Positions 38,474 to 48,595 of a stretch of 64,000 nt of DNA are shown piece by piece (position 1 is the first letter of the stretch; each line of letters opens with the position of its first letter). The position numbers and the translations under genes are program-made. The stretch lies in the NCBI GenBank assembly GCA_022511125.1, contig JAFLSD010000009.1, positions 5,026 through 69,025 on the forward strand, given 5' to 3'. This stretch comes from Paramuribaculum sp. Its GTDB lineage: Bacteria; Bacteroidota; Bacteroidia; Bacteroidales; Muribaculaceae. The notes beneath the pieces are model-generated. The model had not been told where the DNA came from, did no database searches, and worked only from the letters and a program-made list of their open reading frames with translations.

Positions 38474-39598
38474 ATGAAATTTTCCGATATACCCGGACAG
38501 GAACAGGTAAAAGCCAAACTCAAGGCTCTTGCCGACACGTCAAAAATCCCTCATGCTTTGCTGCTTGAAGGACCGGGTGGAGTCGGCAAATACGCTTTGG
38601 CGAGAGCTTTCGCACAGTATATCCATTGCAAAAATCATATCGACGGCGACAGTTGCGGAGTCTGCTCTTCATGTGTTAGACATCAGGCTTTAACTGATAT
38701 CGACACACATTTCGTTTTCCCTGTCATCAAGCGAGAAAAGGACACGAAAGCTCCTATCTCTGATGATTTCCGCGATGAATGGAACGAATACCTCCGCGAT
38801 AGGTTAACCATGGATTTCGATGAATGGACTAAATCCTTGGGGAAAGTGAATGGGCAGCCTATTACTTACGTTACTGAAAGCGAAGCTCTACTCCATAAAT
38901 TATCTTATGCTTCAAGAAACGGCGGATATAAAATAGTAGTTTGGTGGCTTCCCGAGAAAATGAAAATTGAAGCAGCTAACAAATTGCTGAAGATGATCGA
39001 GGAACCATTCGACGACACACTCTTTATTCTCACTTCCGACAATCCCGAGAATATCATTCCTACTATATATTCGAGATTGCAGCGCATCTCCGTCCCCGCT
39101 TTACCCGACAACGTGGTGAGTGAACGACTACAGGCTTATGGAATCGACCCCAAAGATGCAGCAATAATTGCGAGGAATTCGCGAGGGAATCTCACGGCTG
39201 CTATTAATGCCCTCGATTCACTTAATGATGAAAAAGAATATCTCGATTATTTTATTCGACTAATGCGTCTGGCTTATCAGAGAAAAGTAGCCGAACTGAG
39301 GGAATGGGCTAATGATCTGGCTTCATGGGGGCGCGAAAAAGAAGTTAAATTCTATGATTACACTTTACGTCTGATTCGTGAAAACTTCATTTTAAACTTC
39401 AACCTGCCGCAACTTAATTTCCTTAATAGTGCTGAATTCGATTTTAGCCGCAATTTTGCGCGATTTATCAACGAACGTAATGTTGAGAAACTCATTGATA
39501 CTTTCGAAAACGCTAAAACCGATATCATTGGCAACGGGAATGGGAAAATTGTCAATCTTGATGTCGCCATTAGAGTCATCTTGTTGTTAAAGAAATAA
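38474..39598 (+). CDS. holB: DNA polymerase III delta' subunit
   Basis: PHALLLEGPGGVGK, Zn motif C..CSSC, HFVFPV, EAANKLLKMIEEP, TIYSRLQ. Confidence 0.9.
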   Translation: MKFSDIPGQEQVKAKLKALADTSKIPHALLLEGPGGVGKYALARAFAQYIHCKNHIDGDSCGVCSSCVRHQALTDIDTHFVFPVIKREKDTKAPISDDFRDEWNEYLRDRLTMDFDEWTKSLGKVNGQPITYVTESEALLHKLSYASRNGGYKIVVWWLPEKMKIEAANKLLKMIEEPFDDTLFILTSDNPENIIPTIYSRLQRISVPALPDNVVSERLQAYGIDPKDAAIIARNSRGNLTAAINALDSLNDEKEYLDYFIRLMRLAYQRKVAELREWANDLASWGREKEVKFYDYTLRLIRENFILNFNLPQLNFLNSAEFDFSRNFARFINERNVEKLIDTFENAKTDIIGNGNGKIVNLDVAIRVILLLKK

Positions 39599-39614
39599 TT
39601 TCTCACTTTTCATA

Positions 39615-42566
39615 ATGAAATCTTTTCTGCGTCAGATAGCTGATATTTATGCTCTTAATGAGGCTGATTCTATTGACGACTATTTGTTTATCTTCCCCAA
39701 CAAAAGATCCTCTACCTTTTTCAGCCATTATTTGAATGAGCATCCACAAATACAGGAAGATAACGTCCATACAGCTACCATTGGCGCATTTGTTGCCTAT
39801 TTGTCCGACAACACCGCTGCTCAACGGATCGACCAGCTTTTCATTCTCTACAATGAATATCGTAAACTTGCCCATACACGCGAAATGGATTTTGACCGTT
39901 TCAGTTTTTGGGGTAATATGATTCTTGATGACTTCAATGATGTAGACAGATATTTAGTGGCTCCCGACAAACTTTTTGACAATTTGAAGAAGCTCAAGAC
40001 CATTAACTCCAACTATCTTACCGACGATCAGATTGAAGTTATTCGTCGTTATTGGAAAGATGATGTTTCTGTTCCGACTGTCGATTCACTTTGGAAGCAC
40101 ATTAAAACCGACGGACAGAATAAGCTTGGTGAAAAGTTCATGCTTCTCTGGAATGTACTTACCGAACTTTACTTTAATTTCCATCAGCAACTCGAAAGCC
40201 ATAAACTTACCACTTCCGGCAATCAATATAGGAACGCGGCGTATTTATTGAAGACATCCGACGACAAATTAGAAAAAAAGCTTAGACGTAAAAGATATGT
40301 CTTCATCGGTTTCGGAGTGCTTTCCACTTCCGAATATGTCATTTTCAATAAGCTTAAACAAAGAGGGATAGCTGATTTCTATTGGGATATAAATCACCCG
40401 TTATTTAATACTGAATTCAATGCCGTCATCCGCTTCATCCGCCGAAATCAACAGCTTTTCCCGTCTCGTTACCAAATTGATTCATCTGGATCTGATAACG
40501 CTCCTAATATTGAGATCACAGGAATCCCGGGCAATGTGGCTCAAGTCGATTATGTTTCCGACCGGTTACGAACATGGTTGAACCAGAATATTATTAAAAA
40601 TCCGGAAAATGCGACAGATACAGCTGTGATTCTACCCGATGAATCGCTTTTCATACCGTTGCTCTACAATATTCCTCAAGAGATAGAAAATATTAACATA
40701 ACGATGGGACTGTCCATGAGAGACAACCCATTGAGTGCTCTCATGCGGTCTGTTTCTGTTTTACAACAACGATCGAGTTTGCGGCAAGGAATTTACCGTT
40801 TTTATTACGAGGATGTTATATCTGTCATTTCCTTTGCTCCTATACGGAATATAAGCCCCGATCAATGTGACAAACTTAGAAAGACGATAAACGACAAACG
40901 TTTATTCCATCTTAGTGAAGAACAGATTGAAGAATTAGCACCTGCACTCTCCGAAATATTTGTAACTGTAAAAAACAAGACTGATATTTATGAAGTAATA
41001 AATTACCTGAGAAATATCACTTTACTGATTTCAAGTAATACCGAACCCGACGATAAGATAGCCCAAAGCTATCTCAAGTCATATAATGACAAACTTGACG
41101 AAATAGATGCCGGCTGTGAAACGTTCGGCATTGATATGAAAGGCACAACGCTTTTCAGAATGGTAGACAGAGCCATAAGTAATGACCGGATTCACTTTTT
41201 TGGAGAACCACTGAGAGGACTCCAGATTATGGGTGTTAACGAAACGAGGGCTCTCGACTTCGACAATCTGATTATTATGTCTGTCAACGAAGGAGTTCTA
41301 CCCAAAAAAAATTATTCGATGTCATTCATCCCCGATTTCCTTAGAGTGGCTTATGGACTTCCTTCTTCATCATTTCAAGAACAAGTTCTTGCATATTTGT
41401 TCTATCGGCTTATATCGAGAGCCAAAAATGTAGAATTGCTCTATGACGCGCGTGTCGGAGGACTCAAAACAGGTGAATTTTCTCGTTATATTGCCCAACT
41501 CCTTTATCTTTATGATGAAGACAAGATTAAGCATAAAATGATGAGCTATGACATTCAGACCTCTTTCCTTCCATTGCTTGACATTGAAAAGACTCCGGAT
41601 ATTCTCGCTAAACTCGAGCAGTTTAAATCGACCGCTTCAAAAGAAAACAAAAAATTTCTTTCTGCGAGTAGCTTGAACACATATATAAACTGTCAGCTCG
41701 AATTCTATCTCAGATACGTCGAAGGATATGATTCGCAATCTGAGATGCAAGACTTTATCGATGCCGGAACTTATGGCACGATTCTGCACAATGTCGTCCA
41801 GGACTTCTATAATAGCTTTAGGGAAGATCAGTCGGAAGATACTCCTGTGATCATTTCCGCAGAAGATTTACGGCGACATCTTGATCCGGCCAATCCTTTA
41901 ATAGATAAACTGATTACACGCAACGTAAACTTTTATTACAATAAACTCGGTCATGATTCCGACGAACCGCTCACAGGCGAAGCATATATAACGGGAGGAA
42001 TAATCAAAGAGATGATTCTCAATATGATCCGTCGCGAAATTGACTTGACCCCTATTACATTCCGTGCTGCAGAAAAGAAAATTGAGGATACATTCCGTGT
42101 TAATGATAATTTATCCGTTAATATCCGACAATTCATCGACCGCATCGACTCTATAACGGACGCAGAGGGCAATTCAGTAGACAGGATTGTAGACTACAAA
42201 ACCGGCTCCGACGAGCTCAAGGCGCCATCGATAACTGATCTTTTCATCCATGACGACAAAAGCTATAAAGCCATTATGCAGCTTTTGTTCTATTGTCTGA
42301 TTTATTCTCAAAAAGAAAAAGTGGATTATAGGATTCAACCTGTCATTTATAAAATGCTTGAGATAGGACGTGATGGAATTAAAAATCTTAAGATAGGAAA
42401 AGAAGATTTATTGGATTATAGGGACTTCAAAGATGAATACCGACAGAATTTGCAACAACTTATCGAAGAAATATTTAATCCCGAAGTGAGTTTCAAAGCT
42501 TCGCCGGATGAAACGGCTTGCAAATTCTGCGCATTTAAAGCTATTTGTCGAAGGGAATCATTATAA
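39615..42566 (+). CDS. AddB/RexB-like protein: inactive helicase scaffold plus C-terminal PD-(D/E)xK nuclease
   Basis: IFPNKRSSTFF, GLQIMGVNETR.LDFD, SASSLNTYINC, FIDRID...RIVDYKTG, and C-terminal CKFC.FKAIC (Fe-S staple cysteines). Confidence 0.85.
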   Translation: MKSFLRQIADIYALNEADSIDDYLFIFPNKRSSTFFSHYLNEHPQIQEDNVHTATIGAFVAYLSDNTAAQRIDQLFILYNEYRKLAHTREMDFDRFSFWGNMILDDFNDVDRYLVAPDKLFDNLKKLKTINSNYLTDDQIEVIRRYWKDDVSVPTVDSLWKHIKTDGQNKLGEKFMLLWNVLTELYFNFHQQLESHKLTTSGNQYRNAAYLLKTSDDKLEKKLRRKRYVFIGFGVLSTSEYVIFNKLKQRGIADFYWDINHPLFNTEFNAVIRFIRRNQQLFPSRYQIDSSGSDNAPNIEITGIPGNVAQVDYVSDRLRTWLNQNIIKNPENATDTAVILPDESLFIPLLYNIPQEIENINITMGLSMRDNPLSALMRSVSVLQQRSSLRQGIYRFYYEDVISVISFAPIRNISPDQCDKLRKTINDKRLFHLSEEQIEELAPALSEIFVTVKNKTDIYEVINYLRNITLLISSNTEPDDKIAQSYLKSYNDKLDEIDAGCETFGIDMKGTTLFRMVDRAISNDRIHFFGEPLRGLQIMGVNETRALDFDNLIIMSVNEGVLPKKNYSMSFIPDFLRVAYGLPSSSFQEQVLAYLFYRLISRAKNVELLYDARVGGLKTGEFSRYIAQLLYLYDEDKIKHKMMSYDIQTSFLPLLDIEKTPDILAKLEQFKSTASKENKKFLSASSLNTYINCQLEFYLRYVEGYDSQSEMQDFIDAGTYGTILHNVVQDFYNSFREDQSEDTPVIISAEDLRRHLDPANPLIDKLITRNVNFYYNKLGHDSDEPLTGEAYITGGIIKEMILNMIRREIDLTPITFRAAEKKIEDTFRVNDNLSVNIRQFIDRIDSITDAEGNSVDRIVDYKTGSDELKAPSITDLFIHDDKSYKAIMQLLFYCLIYSQKEKVDYRIQPVIYKMLEIGRDGIKNLKIGKEDLLDYRDFKDEYRQNLQQLIEEIFNPEVSFKASPDETACKFCAFKAICRRESL

Positions 42567-43663
42567 TGGCAGGTATATACATACACATCCCCTTCTGTCG
42601 GTCAAAATGCTATTATTGCGACTTTTATTCTGTCTCACGCAAAGACCTGTACTCCCGATTCACCGATACTGTAATAGAAGAATGGCATTCTCGAAAAAAA
42701 GATTTTCCCGACTTTTCTACGCTTTATATCGGAGGGGGAACTCCTTCATCCTTACCACTTGATGAATTGAAAAGACTCCTTGATCTTTTCAGACATAAAC
42801 GTTTTGAAGAAGCCACAATTGAAGTCAATCCCGATGATGTTAACGTTGATCTGTTGGAATTACTGACTGACAGTCCTATAAATCGCATCAGTATGGGTGT
42901 TCAGTCTGCTGTTACGTCTGAATTAAAATCAATAGGCCGACGTCATGACTTTGAAGCCGCAAAAAAAGCGTCATCTTTAATTTCTGACTATGGTTTCGAT
43001 CTAAGCCTTGACCTCATCTATGGACTGCCGGGACAGACGCTCGATTCATGGATCTTTTCTATTCAATCCCTTCTCTCTCTCAATCCTGATCATCTGTCAT
43101 GCTATATTCTCTCCTTCGAACCCGGTACGCGTCTCGAACTGATGAGACGCAAAGGAGAAATATTTGAGACATCTGATACCACCCTCGAAACATATTATCG
43201 TGAATTGTGCAGCCGGCTGTCAGACGCAGGTTTTCGTCACTATGAAATATCAAATTTCGCAAAAGAAGGACATGAAGCCGTTCATAATTCTAATTATTGG
43301 AATTTCACTCCTTATCTCGGCTTAGGACCGGGAGCGCACAGTTTCGACGGCATAAACCGAAGTTTTAATCCGCCTTCCGTCCAAAACTATATTAAATCAG
43401 GAGGAAAAGGATTCAATATTGTCGAAGAAACACTTCCTCACGACCGAATCAATGATTATATCATGATTCGTCTGCGAACTGCCGCCGGAATTGACATTGG
43501 CGATTTCTCTAAGCGATTCGGCTCTGAAAATACTGAAATACTCTTGTCGCAAGCCAAGCCACTCATTTCTCAAACCCTTCTTAACCGCTCCCAATCACGA
43601 ATCGCTATCGATGAATCCCATTGGCTCATCAGCGACTCAATTATCTCCGACCTGCTCTTCTAA
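42566..43663 (+). CDS. hemW: Radical SAM heme chaperone HemW
   Basis: MAGIYIHIPFCRSKCYYCDF, TLYIGGGTPS, RISMGVQS, DLIYGLPGQT, HYEISNFA, HNSNYW. Confidence 0.9.
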   Translation: MAGIYIHIPFCRSKCYYCDFYSVSRKDLYSRFTDTVIEEWHSRKKDFPDFSTLYIGGGTPSSLPLDELKRLLDLFRHKRFEEATIEVNPDDVNVDLLELLTDSPINRISMGVQSAVTSELKSIGRRHDFEAAKKASSLISDYGFDLSLDLIYGLPGQTLDSWIFSIQSLLSLNPDHLSCYILSFEPGTRLELMRRKGEIFETSDTTLETYYRELCSRLSDAGFRHYEISNFAKEGHEAVHNSNYWNFTPYLGLGPGAHSFDGINRSFNPPSVQNYIKSGGKGFNIVEETLPHDRINDYIMIRLRTAAGIDIGDFSKRFGSENTEILLSQAKPLISQTLLNRSQSRIAIDESHWLISDSIISDLLF

Positions 43664-43671
43664 AAACTATC

Positions 43672-44145
43672 TCAGTCGTGGTGGTAGGGCTCGCCGCGAA
43701 GGATTGTCATGGCCCGATAGACTTGTTCTGCAAAAAATAATCTCACCATTTCATGAGAAAAAGTCATCCTTGATAAGGATATCAAACTATCTGCTCGTGA
43801 TTTCACATCCTTGCTAAATCCATACGGTCCCCCTACTACAAAAACCAGCCGCCTCAGTCCCGTTATAGATTGTTTCTCTATAAAACCGGCAAACTCCCTT
43901 GATGTGTATTCTGTTCCCTTTTCGTCAAGCAAAACCACTCTATCCGATGAATTGAGCGACGCTAATATCGACTCCCCTTCTTTTAATTTCCTTTCCTCTT
44001 CCGAAAGAGTCTTGCTCGTCTTAATATCTGGCAGGGAAATCATTTCCAACGGCATATAGTGACATACTTTCCGTATATAGCCTTCTGTAGCCTCTTTGAT
44101 ATAGCCGGTCTGCGTTTTTCCTACCGTCAGTAATATTATTTTCAT
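43672..44145 (-). CDS. rlmH: 23S rRNA pseudouridine-1915 N3-methyltransferase
   Basis: MKIILLTVGKT, LLDEKG, FVVGGPYGF, SLSRMTFSHEMVRL, GEPYHH. Confidence 0.96.
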   Translation of the reverse strand: MKIILLTVGKTQTGYIKEATEGYIRKVCHYMPLEMISLPDIKTSKTLSEEERKLKEGESILASLNSSDRVVLLDEKGTEYTSREFAGFIEKQSITGLRRLVFVVGGPYGFSKDVKSRADSLISLSRMTFSHEMVRLFFAEQVYRAMTILRGEPYHHD

Positions 44146-44173
44146 CTCGTTTTGCTGAGTTGGAATGAAATAG

Positions 44174-44193
44174 GTACTTTTGTACAAAAGTAC
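44174..44193. promoter_or_regulatory. Perfect 20-bp palindrome made of two opposed -7 boxes (rlmH / nadC)
   Basis: gtacttttgtacaaaagtac contains TACTTTTG on + (44175-44182) and on - (44192-44185). Confidence 0.7.
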
Positions 44194-44210
44194 AAAACAC
44201 TCGATAAGAA

Positions 44211-45065
44211 ATGAAATCAAAAGAAGAATTAATCGACGACCTCATTACTCTGGCATTTGCTGAAGATGTAGGCGATGGCGATCATACAACACTTTCCACT
44301 ATTCCAGCCGACGCAATGGGAAAACAACGCCTTATCATCAAAGAAGAAGGTATACTCTCGGGAGTTGACATGGCTTTGAAGGTTTTTCGAAAATTCGACC
44401 CCGAACTGAAAGTCACTGTTTTCATTCTCGATGGCGCCCATGTCAAACCGGGTGATATCGTTTTCGAGGTTGAAGGTAAAGTCCGTTCTCTGCTTCAGAC
44501 CGAACGTACTATGCTCAACATAATGCAACGTATGAGTGGTATAGCTACTATGACGGCCAAATATCAAGAAAAATTGAAAGGCCTTAAGACCAAAGTTCTC
44601 GACACACGGAAAACTACTCCTGGCATGCGGTTACTGGAGAAAGAAGCTGTAAAGACCGGTGGAGGCGAAAACCATCGCATAGGTCTCTTCGATATGATTC
44701 TGATCAAGGACAACCATGTAGATTTCGCCGGGGGAATTAAAGAGGCTGTGCAAAGAGCCAAGGAATACTGCAAGGCAAATGGCAAAGATCTCCGCCTTGA
44801 AGTGGAAACACGTAATTCAGATGAGATAAAGCAGGCACTTGAAGCCGGAGTAGACCGCATTATGCTCGATAATTTCACGCCGGAAAGAACCCGCGAGGCA
44901 GTCAAACTTATTCGCTCACAGAATCCGAATGTGGAAATTGAATCCTCCGGAGGCATAACATTTGACACTCTACGTGAATATGGCGAGGCTGGAGTCGATT
45001 TTATCTCTGTTGGAGCTCTGACTCATTCCGTCAAGGGACTTGATATGAGCTTTAAGGCAGTTTGA
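44211..45065 (+). CDS. nadC: Quinolinate phosphoribosyltransferase
   Basis: AEDVGDGDHTT, ERTMLN.MQRMSGIAT, LDTRKTTPG, HRIGLFD.ILIKDNH, IMLDNF, E.SGGI. Confidence 0.96.
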   Translation: MKSKEELIDDLITLAFAEDVGDGDHTTLSTIPADAMGKQRLIIKEEGILSGVDMALKVFRKFDPELKVTVFILDGAHVKPGDIVFEVEGKVRSLLQTERTMLNIMQRMSGIATMTAKYQEKLKGLKTKVLDTRKTTPGMRLLEKEAVKTGGGENHRIGLFDMILIKDNHVDFAGGIKEAVQRAKEYCKANGKDLRLEVETRNSDEIKQALEAGVDRIMLDNFTPERTREAVKLIRSQNPNVEIESSGGITFDTLREYGEAGVDFISVGALTHSVKGLDMSFKAV

Positions 45066-45073
45066 TTTCTTAG

Positions 45074-45841
45074 TCAGACAAGTCTTACGACGGCCATTGC
45101 GCAGAGAAACATCATTATTTGACTGATAAGGAAGGTTGCGCCGCAGCAATCGCCCGTATATCCCCCTATTCTCTTTTTCATCGTCACGCCTAAAACCAAT
45201 ACTACCAACGGTACGACTATTGAACATAAAACCATTGGCCACCATAATAATATCAATGTCCCGGCTGATAACAGACCCATTCCTATGGTTGTGATAATTT
45301 TCGGTTTTTCATAAAGGATACCACTTTTCGAATGTTCCCGAGTTCTCGAATATGGTAGAAAGTCTATGAGTTTGGATGAGCAAAACTTACACCAGACATC
45401 AGAACTGAATATCAATATGCAACCCGTTATGATCGGGAAGCAGCTGACGGTCAGGATAAAAAGCAGCGTATATAAAAGTAGACCTATTACACCGTATGTC
45501 CCGATATGAGAATCCTTCATTATTGAAAGAACTCTATCTCTGTCTCCTGAACAACCGAATCCGTCACAAAAATCTGCCAAGCCGTCCTCATGAAGTGCGC
45601 CTGTAACTAACATCCTGAAAGATAATGCTAATATCGCCGCTATGATTGGAGTGAATAAATAGGCACAGAAAAAATAACATAAAGCTGTAAGCCCTCCGGT
45701 TAGGAAACCTGTCAGTGGCCACCATTGTATTATTCCGTCGAAATGTCTGGACTCCAGTTGTTTGCATCCGACCGTCGGAATTCTTGTGAAAAAAGTAAAA
45801 GCAGCTACAATTTTTTTCAGTGTTTCGCCCATTTCATTCAA
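45074..45841 (-). CDS. cobS: Adenosylcobinamide-GDP ribazoletransferase (cobalamin synthase)
   Basis: FFTRIP, TGALHEDGLADFCDGFG, IMKDSHIGTYG, RIGGYTGDCCGA. Confidence 0.95.
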   Translation of the reverse strand: MNEMGETLKKIVAAFTFFTRIPTVGCKQLESRHFDGIIQWWPLTGFLTGGLTALCYFFCAYLFTPIIAAILALSFRMLVTGALHEDGLADFCDGFGCSGDRDRVLSIMKDSHIGTYGVIGLLLYTLLFILTVSCFPIITGCILIFSSDVWCKFCSSKLIDFLPYSRTREHSKSGILYEKPKIITTIGMGLLSAGTLILLWWPMVLCSIVVPLVVLVLGVTMKKRIGGYTGDCCGATFLISQIMMFLCAMAVVRLV

Positions 45842-46874
45842 AATATTTTGTCACTTCTCCTTTTTGAAAAGAATCCATTTCGTTTATCATTCTTACGGCC
45901 GATTCTACTATCGGATAAGCACATACTGCGCCGGTACCCTCACCCAGACGCAAACCTAAATTCAATATAGGCTTCACATTCATAAAATCCAGCAAGCGTT
46001 TGTGGCCGGATTCATCACCGACATGACTGAAAATCGCATAATCCATAACATTAGGATTCAAATAAGAAGCCACAAGCATACAAGCTGTCATAATGAAACC
46101 GTCAACCAGTATCACCATTTTCTTCTCAGCCGCTTCTAACATACCTCCAACAGCCATCACCATCTCATAGCCACCATACCATGCTATTTTTTCCAACAGT
46201 GAGGCCGACCCCGAATAGTTATCTAATGCTTTTTGCAGCACGTCCAGTTTTCTTTCTATCCCTTTAGTGTCAAGACCGGCGCCGGCACCTACACAATCCT
46301 TTAAAGCTACATTGCTGAGCAAATGCATCCATATAGCGGACGACGAAGTATTCCCGCTCCCCATCTCTCCGAAACTAATCACTTTACAACCGGATTCTGA
46401 AATTTCTTCAACTATTTTAGCCCCCGCTTCAATACAGCTTTCAAACTCTTTCACACTCATTGCAGCCTGATGAAGGAAATTTCTCGTTCCAAATCCTATT
46501 TTCCTATTTATTATGCCATTGGAATAATCCACGTCCGCATCAACTCCCGCATCAACCAGCACAAGACGGAATCCATGCTGGTCGCATAAGAAATTTATGC
46601 CTGCACCACCTATAGAAAAATGTTTCAGTTGCTCATGAGTCACACTTTTGGGAGATACTGACACACCCTCGTCTATTATGCCGTGATCTGCTGCGAAAAG
46701 AACATTATGAGGCTTCCTTAATGAGGGGCTCAGTGTCTGCTGTATCATTCCGACACGGATTGCCAACTCTTCAAGCATACCTAACGAACCTTTGGGCTTC
46801 GTAAGATTATCTACTTTTTCTTTTAATTTTATCCGTAGTTGCTCTTCCGGCTTTTTTATATCAAATGACCTCAT
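45834..46874 (-). CDS. cobT: Nicotinate-nucleotide:dimethylbenzimidazole phosphoribosyltransferase
   Basis: LTKPKGSLGMLE, FAADHGI..EGVS, GEMGSGNTSSS, LRLGEGTGA. Confidence 0.96.
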   Translation of the reverse strand: MRSFDIKKPEEQLRIKLKEKVDNLTKPKGSLGMLEELAIRVGMIQQTLSPSLRKPHNVLFAADHGIIDEGVSVSPKSVTHEQLKHFSIGGAGINFLCDQHGFRLVLVDAGVDADVDYSNGIINRKIGFGTRNFLHQAAMSVKEFESCIEAGAKIVEEISESGCKVISFGEMGSGNTSSSAIWMHLLSNVALKDCVGAGAGLDTKGIERKLDVLQKALDNYSGSASLLEKIAWYGGYEMVMAVGGMLEAAEKKMVILVDGFIMTACMLVASYLNPNVMDYAIFSHVGDESGHKRLLDFMNVKPILNLGLRLGEGTGAVCAYPIVESAVRMINEMDSFQKGEVTKYFE

Positions 46875-46880
46875 CTCGTT

Positions 46881-47402
46881 CTAACCTTTAATTTTCATGG
46901 GAATACCTGATACGACGAAGTAGACTTCATCAGCTTTTGATGAAATATATTGATTGACTCTCCCTTGAAGATCGGTAAACTTGCGGCTCAATTCATTTCC
47001 GCTAACTCCTCCGAGACCTATTTCATTGGTCACGAAAATATAATTAGCGGTGTCATTCTTCAAGAATTCATCAAGTTCACTGGTAAGGGCGTTAAAAGTT
47101 TCGTCCACTTTTGACTGAAAGTCAAACAAATAATTGGATGCCAGCATTGTAAGACAATCTATGAGAACAGTCTGGTTTTCCAGTTCTTTAAAAATCGGGC
47201 CTAAATTTTTAGATTCCTCGATGGTGCGCCAGCATGCTCCTCTCCTCTCTTTATGAACCTCGACACGGTTCTTCATTTCTTCATCGAGAATGCGTGCAGT
47301 AGCCAAATAGACCGGCTTATTAGACATAGAGAGAGCCAAAGATTCGGCGAATATGCTTTTTCCGGATCTTTGGCCTCCTGTAACCATTATTATTTTACCC
47401 AT
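46881..47402 (-). CDS. cobU: Bifunctional adenosylcobinamide kinase / guanylyltransferase
   Basis: VTGGQRSGKS.FAE, YLATA, H.ERR...WRTIEE, LIDCLTM, VTNEIGLG. Confidence 0.95.
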   Translation of the reverse strand: MGKIIMVTGGQRSGKSIFAESLALSMSNKPVYLATARILDEEMKNRVEVHKERRGACWRTIEESKNLGPIFKELENQTVLIDCLTMLASNYLFDFQSKVDETFNALTSELDEFLKNDTANYIFVTNEIGLGGVSGNELSRKFTDLQGRVNQYISSKADEVYFVVSGIPMKIKG

Positions 47403-47410
47403 TCTCGAGA

Positions 47411-48577
47411 TTAATCAAAAATGTGTCGCAATTTGCTGAAAATTCTGTTTTTCTCACTCTCCGAAGGTATCATGTTTGGCTTCCCTTGGAGTTTTTCGAT
47501 CGCCTCCTTCTCTTCGGAAGTCAAGTTCTCAGGAACGTATACCATCACATTCACGAGTTCATCTCCTTGTCCTCCTCCCTCTGGTGAAGGCAAGCCTTTG
47601 CCGCGCAAACGTAAGATTTTACCCGGCTGTGTACCCGGAGTAATCTTCAATCGCGCTCTGCCTCCTATAGTCGGAACTTCTACAGATCCGCCTAAAGCCG
47701 CTGTCGGGAAGTCAAGCATCAGATTATAAATCACATCATTACCATCCCTTATTAGCTCGGGATGTTTTATTTCTTCGATTACAACAAGTAAATCGCCGTT
47801 TACGCCGCCATGCATCGGGGCGTTACCTTTTCCTTTGACAGTAAGAACCATTCCGTCGCTTACTCCTGCAGGAATATTGAACGATACTACTTGTTCTTTA
47901 TGTTCAACACCAGAGCCGCTGCAATATGGACATTTATCAGTGATTATCTTGCCGTCTCCGTTACATTGAGGACATACTGCCGCACTTTGGGTCATCCCCA
48001 AAAATGTCTGTTGTTGCCTTATTACTGTCCCCGATCCGTGACATGTCGGACATGTTGTGAAAGCGGTTCCATCTTTTGCACCCGTTCCGTTACAATGGTC
48101 ATCTTTTACGAAAGCTTTGAGCTTAAGCGTTTTCGACACGCCTTTTGCTATATCTTCCAGAGAGAGTTTCAAGGTAATTCGGAGATCGTCGCCTTTGCGT
48201 TGACGTTTTTTTCGAGTTCTGCCGCCTGCCGCACTTCCGAACCCACCCATATCGAAATGAGCGTGACCGCCAAAAATATCGCCGAACGCCGAGAAAATAT
48301 CTTCCATCGACATGCCACCTGCATGGAAACCACCTCCTCCTGGGAAACCCTGTGGTCCCATATTGTGACCGAACTGATCGTACTTAGCGCGTTTGTCAGC
48401 ATCAGAGAGCACATCGTAAGCTTCTGCGGCTTCCTTAAATTTTTCTTCAGCTTCCTTGTCACCCGGATTTTTATCTGGATGATATTTGATAGCTAATTTT
48501 CTATACGCTTTTTTCAGTTCGTCAGCAGTTGCGTTTTTCGAAACGCCCAACACCTCGTAATAATCTCTCTTTTCCAT
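47411..48577 (-). CDS. dnaJ: Chaperone DnaJ
   Basis: J-domain with HPD, G/F-rich region, and CxxCxGxG zinc-finger repeats (first repeat reads DDHCNGTG). Confidence 0.97.
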   Translation of the reverse strand: MEKRDYYEVLGVSKNATADELKKAYRKLAIKYHPDKNPGDKEAEEKFKEAAEAYDVLSDADKRAKYDQFGHNMGPQGFPGGGGFHAGGMSMEDIFSAFGDIFGGHAHFDMGGFGSAAGGRTRKKRQRKGDDLRITLKLSLEDIAKGVSKTLKLKAFVKDDHCNGTGAKDGTAFTTCPTCHGSGTVIRQQQTFLGMTQSAAVCPQCNGDGKIITDKCPYCSGSGVEHKEQVVSFNIPAGVSDGMVLTVKGKGNAPMHGGVNGDLLVVIEEIKHPELIRDGNDVIYNLMLDFPTAALGGSVEVPTIGGRARLKITPGTQPGKILRLRGKGLPSPEGGGQGDELVNVMVYVPENLTSEEKEAIEKLQGKPNMIPSESEKNRIFSKLRHIFD

Positions 48578-48595
48578 AGTTCCCGGAATTATTTC

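Noticed and set aside
39615-42566. PD-(D/E)xK nuclease as an anti-phage defence gene
   Set aside because: Its architecture and Fe-S cysteines fit the housekeeping AddB-like recombination subunit, and it lies in a core operon with holB and hemW.
47810-48496. 228-aa ORF antisense to dnaJ
   Set aside because: It is entirely opposite a highly conserved gene, has no recognisable motif and no promoter box. It is explained as shadow of dnaJ codon usage.
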